DNA of 64,000 nt from Octopus bimaculoides (Eukaryota): assembly GCF_001194135.2 (NCBI RefSeq), contig NC_068984.1, positions 3,846,192 through 3,910,191 of the forward strand, read 5' to 3'. The position numbers and the translations under genes were made by a program. Within the stretch, counting starts at the first letter, position 1. Every line of letters starts with the position of its first letter. The notes under the pieces were generated by a model. The model had not been told where the DNA came from and did no database searches. It was given only the letters and a program-made list of their open reading frames with translations. This document shows positions 38,484-53,300 of this stretch, piece by piece.

Positions 38484-40057
38484 TGCTACAGCTTTATGTT
38501 AGCAAGAATGGAAGACATTACCCATAGCTGAATTCCATTGAAGATGCCAGCTAACATGATTAGTGAGCTGTTTATATAAATATGATGTATATTTGTAGTT
38601 TCAAAACACATTGGTCTTAGTCTTTTGTCTACATAAATTGCTGCTTAGTTATGAAGATATCCAACTGTAGATGCCAGTCAGTTATGAAGCAAATAGTCAG
38701 GTAGCAACACAACACTAGTCATGTGTTGTTATATGGTGGAACACACTACTATTACATAGTATGGCAACACAGCACCATTACTGTGTAATATAGTGCTACA
38801 AACAACACCAAGCATGTGTAGCAGAACACAGTGTATATTTTCCAGTAAGATTACTAGTATAAACTCCACCAGTTTATGTAAGTTCTTACATCAGTTGTAA
38901 CGCACGTACACACAACACTGTTTAAGACATTTATTGTTGTGATGTTGCTAGGTGATCAACTAGACAATCAAATGTAGCAGGATTTCACCAGATTACTATA
39001 AATGCTAACTTTTGTTGATCCTAAAATTATGTTATCTCAAACTGTAGAGATTCCTAAAACAGTTGTTATAAACCCCTGAGGGTTAATGGGGCTGTACAGA
39101 GAACGTATTCAAACTAGGTGGGGATCAATAGGTCATGAATAAAATTCTAAGAAGTCCACAAAATTCAAGAATGGAAAAGTTTAATTTCAATAGTTATTCA
39201 CAGGTGATCTATGGCAAAAAGAAATCTGCCAAAGCCAGAACCGTTTTCTCATGTCATGGCGGTATTAGATGTTGCAGAGAACGGTTTCAGAATTTGGAAA
39301 ATTTCTCATGCCATTACAACATGAACATCGTGAAAAACACTTCCATAATTTATTCCAGTCATAAAACACATTTTTTTTTTTTACAAAAAAGCCTATAAAT
39401 TTAATACCCAAACTAGTTTATTTTCTAGGGTTCTTCTCACAAGTGACACCAGATGATGACAAGTTGAAATTCAAGTCCCCAGTTATGAGATAAGTCAAAA
39501 TCCATAAACTCATTGTAATGTGTTTTAGTTGCTGATTTCTCATTGTACTTTGCCCAGGGAAATCTCCCAATATCTGTGTGTGTGTATGAGTCTGAGTGTA
39601 TTAGCAGGTTTGTATGTATGTGAAATTAGTTTTGTGTATTTTATTATGGTTGCTGACTAATTAGTAAATACACATAAACAGAGACCTAACCAACACTCTT
39701 TTCCCCTCATTCTGACTATTTTGGGGTTTCATTTCTTTTGTTCATTTCCAACAAACTTAACAGTTTTGTATCAATGTACATTTGTTTTTCAGGAGTATGT
39801 AGTTGAGAGTGTTGATAATTTGTCTGCTCACAGCTTAAAAAGAAATGTAGAAATGCACAACTATTGCCCCTCTGTGTGTGTGTGTGTGTGAGAGAGAGAG
39901 CCATCGTTATCATCATTTAATGTCTTGTTTTCCATGCTGGTATGGGTTTGCAACTTGGTAACCCAAATGAAAAGCTAAAGAAAGTGGTTAATCAGTCTTC
40001 TTCCATAATTATAATTCTTACATTGTAAATCATTACAACTTTCTGTTGTATTTATAT

Positions 40058-41266
40058 TATAGTCAAAAATTATATGCATTCTTGTTTGTAATTTATTAAA
40101 ACAAAAGCAAGAGTTGAACAATTACATCCTTTCTCAACATCGTCTCTTGCTTTTCAATGCAATTCTCCCAGCAAGGTTGCTTATTCCATCAGAGCACTTC
40201 AGCTGGACGCACACAGCTTCCCACTTCATTGTCCACAGCAAATCAATGACTTGGTAAAGAATGGTTGAGCAGTCTAAAGAGGTGATAGTCAGAAGGGGCA
40301 AGATCTAGACTGTTTGCAGAGTATTCCAGCCATGTGAAACCCAATTTTTTAATGGTTTCAACAGTGTGGGCAGCAGCCGTATGTGAGTGTACATTATCAT
40401 GCAACAATAACACTCGCTTTCACAATAGACTTTGGTGTTTGGTGCAAATTGCTGTTTCAGCTTGTTGGCCAGCATTTCACCATACCTTGATCCCTTTTCC
40501 TGATAATATTTTCCAGTATAAGCCCTTTTGCATCCTGAAAAACAGCATCACTTTTCCTTCAGGAGGTAGAGACTTGAATTTCTTTTTCACTGACAATATC
40601 AAGTGTTTCCACTCCATTCTTTACCTTTTGGATTCTGGCTCAAAGTAGTGGACTTAGGTCTCATCTCCCATGACTATTCTCTCCAAAAATGCTTCACTCT
40701 CACTGTTGTAGCACTCAAGTAAGCAGTGACACATTTCCACACAATTGCATTTATACACTCTAGTAAGCTCTCTTGGCACCCATCTCGCAGACTTTACAGA
40801 AGTGAAGCTTGTCGAGGATGATTTCATATGCAGAACCATGACTAATTTGCAGAGAACATGCCACCTCATCAATGGTCACTGGTTACTTTGCCAGAACCAT
40901 CTCTTAAGCTTGTTGAATCTTCAAATCAGTGGTGGAGGTTGATGGGCATCTGGCTCCCACTTTTTGCTTCACCTTTGTTCAGCCATTTTTAAACATCTCA
41001 ATCTACTCATACACACTTCTGCACTGTCCTCGTATAGTACTGAAAGCTTGTGATGACTTTCAACCCGTGACACACTTTCAGACCAGAGAGATCGGATCAA
41101 TGACCACTGTTCCTATTAATTGCACAGTGCCAGTGGAGCAATCAAGGCTAAACCTTTGTTATGCAATCACAAAAGTACCACCTTGTAGTATGCAAACTAC
41201 TGAAGACCGTGCAACCATCCTAAAGAATGTTTGGGCAAAAGTGCAGATAATTTTTGACTTCCACTT
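40058..41266 (-). mobile_element. Near full-length decayed mariner transposon
   Basis: ORF 40654-40872(-) contains SARWVPRELT and FLERIVMGDET. A YSANSLDLAPSD motif lies near 40290-40330(-). TIR cores are AGTCAAAAATTATATGCA (40061) and TGCAGATAATTTTTGACT (41242-41259). Confidence 0.92.
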
Positions 41267-41868
41267 CTATTTTATATTATAATGAATTGGGATTCAAAAC
41301 TCATTAACTATTCAGTGTATTGGGCCTTGATGTGAAGAAGAAAAATGTTTGTAATATTCACTGAAGTTTTTAAAATATATTTTTATTTCTATGGTCACTA
41401 GTAAGACGATACTTGTGTGTTTGTTATGAAGTCTTTGAGAAGATGGATTGGGATGAGAGAAAAAAAGAAAAAGATATTTAATTTTTGAAGACAATGAAAG
41501 GTTTGGAAAACATCAGACTTCAATATCATTTAACAACTGACCATCTCATTGGAGCAAGAATGAAGACCACTTAAAATATGCCATTTAACATAGCAATATA
41601 TAGAATGTCACATGCAGCTGAATATTATTGTTATTATTATTATTATTATTATTATTAAGGTCGAGAGTTGGCAGAATCGTTAGCGTACTGGATGAAATGC
41701 TTGGCTGTCGCTACATTAACCTGTCGCTACATTCAAATTCCGTTGAGGTTGACTTTACCTTTCATCCTTTCGGGGTCAATAAAAATAAGGACCAGTTGAA
41801 AGCTGGGGTCGATGTAATCAACTCATTCCTTCCCAAGAAATTACTGCCCTTGTGGCAAAATTTGAAAC

Positions 41869-41910
<42 letters not shown>

Positions 41911-42260
41911 TACTACTACTACTACTACTAGTTCTAAAGGAACTCATACTGATGAGATGGCCAAGTATATTGGTAAGATAGTAAATTCATAACGTCAGCA
42001 ATTTCAGTTTTTGTATCCAGTCAGAAAAGTCAATATTTAGATGTTTTAATACTGTCATGGCTTATGTAAAATACTGCAGTATATTGTTGAGGAATTTCTC
42101 TTTGCCAAATATCTCAAAAATTGAAACATTTTTTTTTTTTTTATTTAAAGCATTGTTTTAAAAAATTTACAATTTTCTTTAATATTCTTATTGAAATTAC
42201 TTCCAAAACTTCAGGAAATACAATTGGTAGGTAACAAACAAGATTTTTCAGTTTTCCTAG

Positions 42261-42424
42261 CGTGAAAAGTTCTCAATATATGTCAGAAAAAACACCTCAA
42301 ATGCTTTGCATGTATCAAGTCTATTCGCAAGAAAAAGCAAAGAAATCCACACAGTTTCCATTTGTTGCATTAAGATGTAAAACTAATGAAAGATGTTGCA
42401 AACAGTTTCTTTTGCAAACAGAAG
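42261..42424 (+). CDS. Candidate internal exon of an unidentified gene
   Basis: Acceptor TTTTTCAGTTTTCCTAG and donor GAAG|GTAGTT. Only one frame is open (VKSSQYMSEKTPQMLCMYQVYSQEKAKKSTQFPFVALRCKTNERCCKQFLLQTE), phase 2 to 1. Confidence 0.3.
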
Positions 42425-42804
42425 GTAGTTATCCTGAGGAGACATCGTAGGATGGTGAATTTTTTGATTCAGTTGTAGAGTTCTTCAATGATAAGAAAGA
42501 ATCATGAAGATAATGAACTATGACTATATACATATATCACCTGTTTCATTTAACAGACAATTTATAATTTTAATAAAGCACAGAAGTGATTAAAAGGAAA
42601 ACAACATAGAAGCTGAAATGCTTACTTTAGAATTTCAAGTAAAGATTGGTCGATATAAATCTTCTTTAGCCATGGTAATTTTCAGTATTTCTCCAGTCAC
42701 GGCTACAATAAGAAGCAGATGAAATTATTTCAGATAACAATCAACTCATCAATATCTTAACATTATGATCTGAACTGGTTTGTTTCTTTCACTCTATGTT
42801 GAAG

Positions 42805-42842
42805 ACAAAAAATACAGACAAGAATTGATTGACCTGAAGAAG
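42805..42842 (+). CDS. Candidate short exon of an unidentified gene
   Basis: Strong donor AAG|GTAAGC; pyrimidine tract ending in GAAG as acceptor. Reads (D)KKYRQELIDLKK, phase 1 to 0, compatible with the 42261-42424 candidate. Confidence 0.3.
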
Positions 42843-45807
42843 GTAAGCTCATTGTCCAAATATAAAAGAGTGTAAGAATATCTGGAGCAACACATTTTTA
42901 CTTTCATTTCCAAGGTTTTCAATAGTTCAAAGTGGATTTAGTTATATATAAATGTATGATGAAATAAACACAAAAACACACTAAACAGGTGATGAATGTG
43001 GTGGACTAACATTAAAAATTATACATTTTCACCTGGATATTCACTCCACTCTAAGCAGTCACCAAGTCTTGTTCCAATCACATTAACAATATAAAGTCCT
43101 TCAGTTAGAAGGAATTTTATTACAGCATTATTTACCTCCACTGCATCAGGATGCTAAACTACTTCATCGCATTTTCTCTGAATAGTTCTTGGTATTTGAT
43201 AATTTCTTGCAATTAATTGTGCCTGTTGAAGTTTTTAAATAACAGGTTTTACATGCAAATGACAATCCTACACTATTCGGTCCTTATTAAAATATAGATT
43301 AAATTGAAATATAGAAAGCTACCTATTTTATATATATATATACATATAGGTGGTGAAGCAATGACCTTTGAACATTGGGCCTCACAGAGGCAATGACGAA
43401 AGACTGAGACCTCTGGAAATATGCTGTGACTGAGAAGACCCAGCAAGGAAAGTGAGATCACAGCCATAGCCTACACTAGTGTCACATAGCCAGCTCGTTT
43501 AAAAGGTACCTTTGAATCATCAGGCGACGTTCCATGCTTGAGGAGACTTATTGAGTCAAGTAAATCAAAATCAAATCAAATCAAATCAAATGGAAATTGT
43601 AATTGTGGCCAATGCCAGTGCTGGTGGCATGCAATAAGCACCATTCATGCGTGGGTTGCTGCCAGAGCTGCCTGACTGGCTTCTTGTGCCAGTGGCACGT
43701 AAAAAGCACCATCTGAATGTGGTCGATGCCATCCGAATGTGGCTGATGCCAGTGCAGCTCGATTGGCTCCCATGCCAGTGGCACCCACTACACTCTCAGA
43801 GTGGTTGGCATTAGGAAGGGCATCCAGCTGTAGAAACATTGCTAGATCAGATTGGAGCCTGGTGAAGCCTCCTGGCTTGCCAGTCAAACCATCCAACCCA
43901 TGCCAGCATGGAAAACGGATGTTAAACGATGATGATGATACACACACACACAGGAAAGACAGAAGAAAGCTTACTGTAAGATTAAACATAAATGGTAATT
44001 TTTCCTGGTGTTTAGTGGATTAAATTTAAAAGGAAGTTTACAATGTTTTCAACAACAAAATCAATCCATTATTAATTAATGATAAAATACAATCTACCAA
44101 CATCTCTCTAGCAATAAACATTTGTCACAGAAACTAATGAGTAATGACCAGGTAACAACGTTTTAGAAATACATTTTATATCTTTGTTAACACACTGTTA
44201 CATAAATTATCTCTCTTTGATTTCTAACAATGAACACCGTTAACATTTGAAACATTCATAAATTGTACATTAAAACTGATTAAAGCAGGCAATATTTGAC
44301 AGCAGATTTTATGAATGTATATATTACACCAATCCTTTTTTTTTTTTACTCCACTCCACTAAATTTAAAGATTACCATTGTATTTTGCTGAGTGGTTGAA
44401 TTTCATTTTGGAGGGGAGGTGGGGTTATAAGGGCAATAGACCGAAAAGTTTGAGAACCTTACATAGTGTCATAAATCTTTTCCTGATCCTAGAGGATAGT
44501 TCTTATTGACTTCAGTGGATAAAGAATTATGGAAGTTGCAACATTCATGCAGATCCCAACACCATCAGCAGAGTAAATGAAATAGTTACGGCCAGGAATA
44601 AAAAAAAAAAAAAAACTGGTTCAAAGACTTGATACACTGGGAATATACCATCATCTGTACTGCTTAAACCAGTTCAAACATACACCTGCTACACACACAC
44701 ACACACACACCCTAGTACACACATGAAAACATATTTAACTAAAGGCAAACAAAGAGAAGGAAACATCAGTGAGCAAGTGAGTACAGAGTGGGTGTGTCTG
44801 TATGAGCATTGGTAGGACATAGTCTACTGCATGGGATAAATGATACTGGGTTGGGGTTGAGGTCTGTACAAAGAACAAATTTAAACAAAACCTGCAACAA
44901 TCTTATAAACCAGTTTTTATAGCTTCCTGGCTAAACTTTTATAAAAAAGCTAGCAGAATGGATAATTGTTTTTCTGGTAAACAATTTCATTAGAAGTGAA
45001 CATCAAGTACATTGAAATGATTCAGTAAATTATATAGATAAAGAAGCTAATTGGAAATTGGTTTTGAATAATAAATAAATAAATAAATCACAAAGAACTT
45101 GAAAAAAGAAAGGGAGAAGAAGAAGAAGAAAAAATGGCACTGAGTATAGCAGTGATATTTTTAAAACAACAGAAATAAAAATTAATAAATAAATATAATG
45201 AAATATAAAATAAAAGTAAGAAGATGGTATGATTTAAAATTGAAAAATGCAGAGGAAAAGCAAGTAGAATGTGATAAAAATAGCACATTATTACAACAAC
45301 TATTATTAACTGTGTATGATGCTAGCACAACAAAAACAATTGTAAATTTTAAAGCTGAGCCTCCACCACTACCATCATCATCATCATCATCAGTGGTGTA
45401 AGTGATGGCATTGATAACATTGATAATGATGATGATGACAATAGAGAAACAAGAAGATCAACAACAATAATGAAATTTCTCATCAAAATTTCAATAAGGC
45501 TTCTTACTGATTAAATTTGATAGAAATATATTGTGGAGAAGAGAACATAAGCAATCTATAATATCTTCACATTTCTGTATCTACTGAAATTGTTATATTT
45601 TTATAATTTTACAGTCAAAAATTACAACAAAATTTGAAAAAATAATTTAATGATGAACAAGAAAAATATCATCAGGAATATGTTCTATGATTTACATATT
45701 ATGAATAATAAAATGGTAAAAAATAATTAATAATTTCCAGCTTATTATAGACAACAGTATCACTGATTGTGTATGTATAGAACACTTGAGTATATATAAT
45801 GACAGGG

Positions 45808-45849
<42 letters not shown>

Positions 45850-48259
45850 AACACAGACACATATTTACAAGACTAAGATGTTTATATCATAAATAAAGTA
45901 AGAAAATTAATTATTATATCCACACACAAACACGCATATATATATAAAGGGATGTGCATGTGTTTATATATGAGTGTGTGTATACATATAAATATATATA
46001 TAATGTAGGTATAAATATGCATGTGTGCATAAACATATATATATATGCATGAATGTATGTACATGTGGAGATATATAGATATATATGTAAATTGACATGA
46101 TGATGAATGTATGTTGTTATATATATTCATGACATTATTGAGAAAAAAATTAGCTACCAAGAATTTGAGTGTTTGTAAAATATATAAATACACACACGCA
46201 CACATTATTATATTATACACACACACACACACATAGAGAGGTAAATATATTTAGAAGGACATACAAAAACACATGTCTCGTAGTTAAACTCATATTTATG
46301 CAAGTAAGAAATTCTAAACACACACACAATACATATTCATATATTTACTTATATCAAAAATTCTAATTCATACATGAAATAAGTCTATTTTTTCTTCTTA
46401 TATAATTGAATTTATAAAAAATAACTTTATAAAGAATAAAACTGTATATAAAACCTCACCTCCACTTTTTCCTCCTCCTCCTCTCGTTATTTATAACAGT
46501 AAATTTGTTTTAATTAAATACAGGGAAATTATGGTCAACTCAAAAGATGGTAATAGTCTTGTTTGGCTTGTCTTAGTCATCTAACCATGGCCATGCTAGA
46601 GCACCACCTTAACCAATAAGTTTATTAAATTGCTAAGTGGCATTTCCAATAGAAAGGAACAAAACCAAACATCCGGATTAATATTTGTAAACATAAAGCA
46701 TAAATCCATTTACTATATTCTATTCTCAAAGACTGAAGTGGAAGACACTTATGGGAGGGTAGCACATGATGGAATTGAACCTAAATTCATGAGTGTTTGA
46801 AACAAACTTTAGCGATGTCCAGAAAATAAAGTAGAGTTTATTCAGGCTAGGATATGAACTTGGAAATTCAGAGTACTTTAATCCATTTGCTAACTCTTTG
46901 CCCAATGATAAAAATAGTGACATATCTGCAGGAAGAATACTCAATTCAAAGTGACCCCCAGTACTTGACTAGTCCGTTTCTATCAAACCTTGTACAAGAC
47001 AAAAATTAACTAGGATGAAATTTGAACTTAAGACTACAAACAAGTAACTTATACTAACGATAACATATAGTGGTTAATAAACAACATGATAGAGATGTGT
47101 ATAACAGTAACAAAGTATATATGTATATTAGAGTGGTATAGCATTTATTGTTGCATATTAAAATAATACAGTGTAGTATTATAGTATAACAATAATATAA
47201 TGGAGTGTAGAACTATATTATCATAACATAGTCACTGCTGCTGAGTTGCTTTAATCACCATGATGACTACTATATTATTGTAAATCACTGATCTACTAAT
47301 AATATATTACAGAAATATATAGTATAGTTGTATATCACAGTAGTGTGTGTGTGCCTGTATATATATATATATATATATATATACATACACACACACACAC
47401 ACACACACCAAGCATTAAAAAAAAATAAGAAAGGAGAATTGTACATCGTGAAAACCATGTTTATTACAGTATTATATACAATACATTCACTTTAAATCTG
47501 TGTCTGGCATGTGTTTCGACTGCATAGATATCCTAAGATGTGGCATTTTGTTGCACCCTGTTGGTTCAACTGCATTCTAATAAATATAGTTGGATATAAC
47601 AATAATATATAGTATAGTACAGCTGTATATCACAGTGTTATAGTATTAGCTGCATATGAAAATAATATATAGCACAGTTTAATCAAAATAAGTGAGTGAT
47701 TGATACTTGTCTTTTTTTTTTTTTTTTCCAGTCCTTAAAATTTCAGCCATTCAAGAATAATAAAATGAGTTTTTAGAAAGTTATTAAAAAGGAGACAAGA
47801 TATTTTTGAGACAGACTTGTTCTTCAGGAAATGTGAGGGAGACATAAAACAAAGTAGTTTCTGTTTAAAATTTCAAAAAATAGTAATTTACCTTCAACTC
47901 AGATGATAGAGGAGAAGAGAAAGGATCTGTTTTCTAGAATCTCCTCCACATTTTACTTTATAAAATTGTTGCATTTGTTTTTAGTGGTAACTGCACATTT
48001 TTTTATTATTTTATCTATTCTCATAAGCATATATATCATCATCATCATCATTTAACATCCAATTTTCCATGGTTGTATGGAGTTTGTTGAGATAGATTTT
48101 CTCTGGCTGGATGCCTTTCCTTTCACCAATCCTTACCTGTAGTAAGTTAATGTCCCCCATGACCAGACCTGTTTTCATAGAAAACTGGAAACAAAGGACA
48201 CTACTTGCATGATGGTGACATTTGTTTACAATTATTACAAGAAGGCAAGGGAAGGAGAC

Positions 48260-48303
<44 letters not shown>

Positions 48304-48468
48304 ACATATAATGGACTTCTTTCAGTTTCCATCTAGCGAATCTAATCACAAGCCTGATACTAAAAAACATTTCAGATGCCACATTACGGGACTGAACCTG
48401 AAACTATGTCACCGAGAAGCAAATTTCTTACTACACAGCCACACCTGTACCTACACACATAATATGTG

Positions 48469-49041
48469 GGATCTTTTTTAAAACGGGGGCCACATTTTTC
48501 ATTAATGTTTTACGTAGTGCTTTTGGTACCGAAAGACTTTCAAACTTTGTATACTTATCTATTTTGTGTTATAGAACAGAAAAATATTTTTGTATTCGAA
48601 TTTATTTCATGTAAAAAATTGTCTTATTTCAATAATTTCAACCAATCACTGACAAGTATTCAGTTGTTTACATTTACTCCTTTGGCTGATTAAGCCATAG
48701 CTTCGTTTTATTTGCTTTTTTCATTTTCTTTTTTTTTCTTCGTTTTATTTGCTTTTTTCTTTTTAAATTTGCTGTTTTACCCTAACCCTATCACCGATAG
48801 AATTGTTTCAGAATCGTTTGTTTATGTAGTCGGCACTTAATGTATATCGGCTGAATGGACGTCAGTGATTGGTTGAAATTACAGAAATACGACAACTTTA
48901 ACATGGAATAACTTTGGGATTTCTTTTTTTTTTTAAGAAGACTAAGAGAAAAAGATGTTTTATATGACACATTCTACCAGTGTTCCAAGTTTCAAAGTGT
49001 TTCGTTAATGAAAAATGTGGCCCCCGTTTTAAAAAAGATCC
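48469..49041. mobile_element. Non-autonomous DNA transposon (MITE) with 37-bp perfect TIRs and 8-bp TSD, GG termini (Merlin-like)
   Basis: TIR GGATCTTTTTTAAAACGGGGGCCACATTTTTCATTAA at both ends; TSD AATATGTG at 48461-48468 and 49042-49049; no coding capacity. Confidence 0.92.
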
Positions 49042-49338
49042 AATATGTGTTTTTATGTCAAGTTATAATGAAAACAATTTCATATTAAACTGAAAAATGA
49101 ATCCAACACTTTTTTTGGTACATATGTATTTTCCTTTTACAAGGAGAATACATATGTTCAAGGAGAGAAGTGACAGTGACTACGAAGTTTCAGCCTACTA
49201 AACTTAGTCTGATGAGGGATAGAAAATCTTCTAAAAGTTTTATATAGTCATATTGAGTGTGTATACATCACAGTACATACATATATATATAAATATAGGT
49301 ACACCTGTAAATAAGTATATATCTATATGTATATATAA

Positions 49339-49369
<31 letters not shown>

Positions 49370-50332
49370 ACACACATACATTCATATATACACACACACA
49401 CATATGTATGTATATATATATATAAATCATATATACATACACATTTTTTTATCGCAGCACCCTCATATCTGCTTCAAAGCTCCAATCTACAAACTTGTCC
49501 CTTACTCTCTTATATATCTGATCCCTATCTGTCACTGTACCTCTCTCTCTCCTCCTCCCCTCCTACCCTTCTCCTTATTTCTAATCTGTCTTCAGGTTTA
49601 TTACTCAGCCACTGCCCACCTTTCCTCTTACTGCCACTTATCAACCCCACCTTCCCTACCTCTCTCACCCACCATACTAATAATTGCCACTGACCACACA
49701 TCCACTCTACTTCCATTCACTATGTTCACCTCTACACCCATCTCTAAGCATCCATCACTCACCTCTCAAATTCCAATCAACTTGCTCACCCCCACCCCTT
49801 TCCATTCTGATCCTCTGTCCATATTTTCTCCTATACTCACCCTTCTACACCTTGAGAGTATGCTCTAACATCTTGTCACTACCATTTTTGTTTTGCTCTC
49901 AGCTATTCTTACCCACCTCTGTACAAGGCAATGAATGATAGGGTAGCCATGTACCTCCTCTATAGCAAGATACCTGTTCTTGTCTCTCTTTCATCCTTTA
50001 GCTTCTCAACACCTGGCATAAAGCCACATCCCTATCAGCCACTCAATTAAGGAGCGTTTTTCTCTTTATTTTTTCCCTGTAAATGACATGGCAACCTCAC
50101 TAGTGCTGGTGTCATGAAAGAAAAAGCACCAAGTACATTATGTAAAGTGGTGGGCATTTTTGGAAGGGTATCTAGCTGTATAAATCATCCCAAAGCAGAC
50201 AGTAGAGCTCAAAGCAATCCTCTGGTCTGTTGGATCCTGTCAAACTATCCTGATCACTCCATCATGGAAGACATATTCTATTATGATGAGGAAGATGACA
50301 ATGGACAAAAAAAAAAAATACAGAATATATGA

Positions 50333-50369
<37 letters not shown>

Positions 50370-53300
50370 GGGGGTAGCTAAAATACAATATAATTAAAGT
50401 GTTGAATGAAAATTCAAATATTTGGATTCTTGCTTTTAGAAAAAAGTCTATGCTTTTCAGCATCACTTTGGCCAATTTTTCATAGAACCATTGTATGAAT
50501 CCTTTCATGTCAATTTCTCCAAACATTCAAGTAAAATACTAATTGCACTAGTCAGGTGACCCTTTACCTGGCTGCTCAGCTTAGGAAAAGAAGCAACCAA
50601 ATTCCCTTCAAATTACCATTACCACTTAAAAAAAAAAACAAAAGGAAGCACATTAGAAAATACGTAATGCCAGATACTCCCCAAAACAGGAATGCCTCTG
50701 ACCACAGGTCTAAGGAATCAGGCATGCCTAACCATAGCAACTAACAATCAGTTGGGGGTTTTCTGGAGAAAAAGGGCTTGAAAATGTTTGTGCGTGTTGT
50801 CAGTCATCTTTGTACCTAATTTTATTAAGACAACAATACATAAATCACCTTTTTACCACTTTTCCTTACAACCCAACCCAAACAAAATCAAATAATTTTC
50901 TTCTCAAGCATTGCTTCCCCATCAAACACAGTGTAATGTTGCTTCCAATTCTTTTATTTATACCAAATTGCCTGAAGCACTTTTGCACTAAAATAGACTT
51001 GTTTTTAGAAATAAACAAAAACAATGCCATTCATTGATTTAGTGATAAAAGAAATATTTTTTTATAAATAAATGACAAAGACTACAGCTTAGGAAAAAAA
51101 ATTAACAGAAAATATTTTGAAGATTTCATAGCTAAGGAGGAATATTAAAGTAAAATATTACTAGTTGATGAATTTAAACATCTGTTGAGTCTAGAGGGAG
51201 ACAGCAATATAACTGAAATATAATGTAAGCTTTTAAAGATATTCTAAAATAAAAGTGCAATGAAATTGAAGGAAACAATTTAATTTTGAAGAAGATTAAA
51301 GGACTTTCAGCTAAAACAATATAACTTTTTAAATAGTTGTTATTAATTATTGATTTTTCTACTGCTTGATCAACCAGATTATAAATAAGTGCTTTTTTTT
51401 TTGTTTGATAATAAATCAATTAGATCTTTAATTTTAAAAGAGGGAAAATAATGATTTGAATTGATTAAAAACATATCTAAATTCAAGTATTAAAGTTGGT
51501 AGATTAAAACTATGAGAATATAGAGGAAGTTGAGGAAGTCAGCCATTAGTTTTGGTCAACAAAGATGAGAGAACATTTATAGAGCAGTAAACTATGAGTA
51601 TTTCAAATGTATGAAGTCTTAATAATGTATTGTTTAAACTCACATTAATATTTAATTTGATTTTAGTAAATATATATAATAGACATTTAGTTTGTTTTTT
51701 CTTTCTTCTTCTGAAGTTAAGACCTTTACCCATCAGGAATTTCATCAATTTTGCAGAATATGTACAAAGAAAAACCATCACACCAAGTTCATTATTGAAG
51801 ATACTTCCATGGGACTAGATTTAAAGGTGGCAGTCTGAAATTCCATCAAACACTAACAAAAGACTGTATAAGAAGTCACTTGAGATGCAATGTAACTGAA
51901 AGCACAAAGATTTCTGATGTCACCTAAAATAATTAAGCAAGTGCAGTTTGTTGAGTCAAATACCAATTCAGTAAATTAGTAGAAAAGAAAAACAGCATTA
52001 TTACATATGGCTCAGCAGGTAGTAATAAAAAAAGTTTTAAAATTTTTACATATTTATTAGCTGGAACATTCTTTTAACATAAACTTTCCAGTACACAGTG
52101 GTAAGACTGAACACATAATTTATTAGTAAAGACACAATGAAATATATTCATAATAATATAGTCAAGTGGCACGTGTAAAGACATTCGAGCAAGATCGTTG
52201 CCAGTGCCCCTGGACTGGCTCTTGTGCAGGTGGCACGTAAAATACACCATTTTGAGCGTGGCCGTTGCCAGCACCGCCTGACTGGCCTCGTGTGGGTGGC
52301 ACGTAAAAGCACCCACTACACTCTCGGAATGGTTGGCATTAGGAAGGGCATCCAGCTGTAGAAACTCTGCCAGATCAGATTGGAGCCTGGTGTAGCCATC
52401 TGGTTCACCAGTCCTCAGTCAAATCGTCCAACCCATGCTAGCATGGAAAGCAGACATTAAACGATGATGACGATGATAGGATTTTTTAAAAAATTTCTAC
52501 AAGGGTTACTGTATTAATAATATCTTAATAATTAAGATATTAATATAATAACAATTCTGTGGTAAGCTGGCAGAATTATTAGCAAGCCAGGCAAAATGCA
52601 TTCCAGTATTTTGTCTGTCCCCACATTCTAAGTTCAAATTCTGCCAAAGCCAACTTTACCTTTCGTCCTTTCAGGGCCAATAAAGTAAGTACCAGTTGTG
52701 TCCTGAGGTTTGATGTAATTGACTGTACTCCTCTGTATCCCTCTGCCAAGCCCTGTAAAAATTCATAACCGGCACACCAGACTGTGGACGGTGGAGAGAA
52801 CATGCAAAGGCCTTTGTCCTGCAGTGGCCTAAACACAGGCAAGCCAATCCTATCTAACCTTAATAATTACAACCAACCACACCAATTGTCATTATATGGG
52901 AGAAAAAACAGCAGATGAATAACAAATGCTGAAATTTAAATTTTGCGACAAATACCAAGACATTATCACGGTCGACAGAAATGACTGCAAATTTAAAATA
53001 AATTGAATTATATATTTTTTATTATTATTATTATTATAGCATAGGTGAGATGATTTATGCAAATTAAAATTGTGCATATTATTAGTGGATGCTATTAAAA
53101 GCCATCTGTAAAATAAGAGTTGATAACTGTTAGTCGACAGAAATACACAGAAATAAATACACCTTGTCTACGGATTAAACCTAACCAGTCGTAGAGTTTA
53201 GTTCTGACCCTGTATTCACCACTGACCCATGACAGCATAAACTACTTGGATTTTAATGATGAAAAGACATAACAAAACAACAAAAAAGGGAGATCTAAAA

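Noticed and set aside
39135-39398. 87-aa ORF near a GGGTTAA motif, considered as an exon or transposase fragment
   Set aside because: No diagnostic motif, no donor site in frame and no matching TIR.
42430-42475. CTGAGGA plus an ACATC/GATG hairpin
   Set aside because: Followed by GAAT rather than GAAA, and stems I and III are not supported.
44415-44645. Possible internally deleted mariner remnant
   Set aside because: Only vague TIR-like and KLVQRLD similarity; no paired TIR found.
48778-48792. CCCTAACCCT telomere-like motif
   Set aside because: Fewer than two full units and internal to a MITE; not an interstitial telomere array.
49202-49245. CTGATGA followed by a GGGAT/ATCTT hairpin, hammerhead-like
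   Set aside because: The GAAA is replaced by TAAA and I found no convincing stem I or cleavage triplet; at most a heavily decayed relic.
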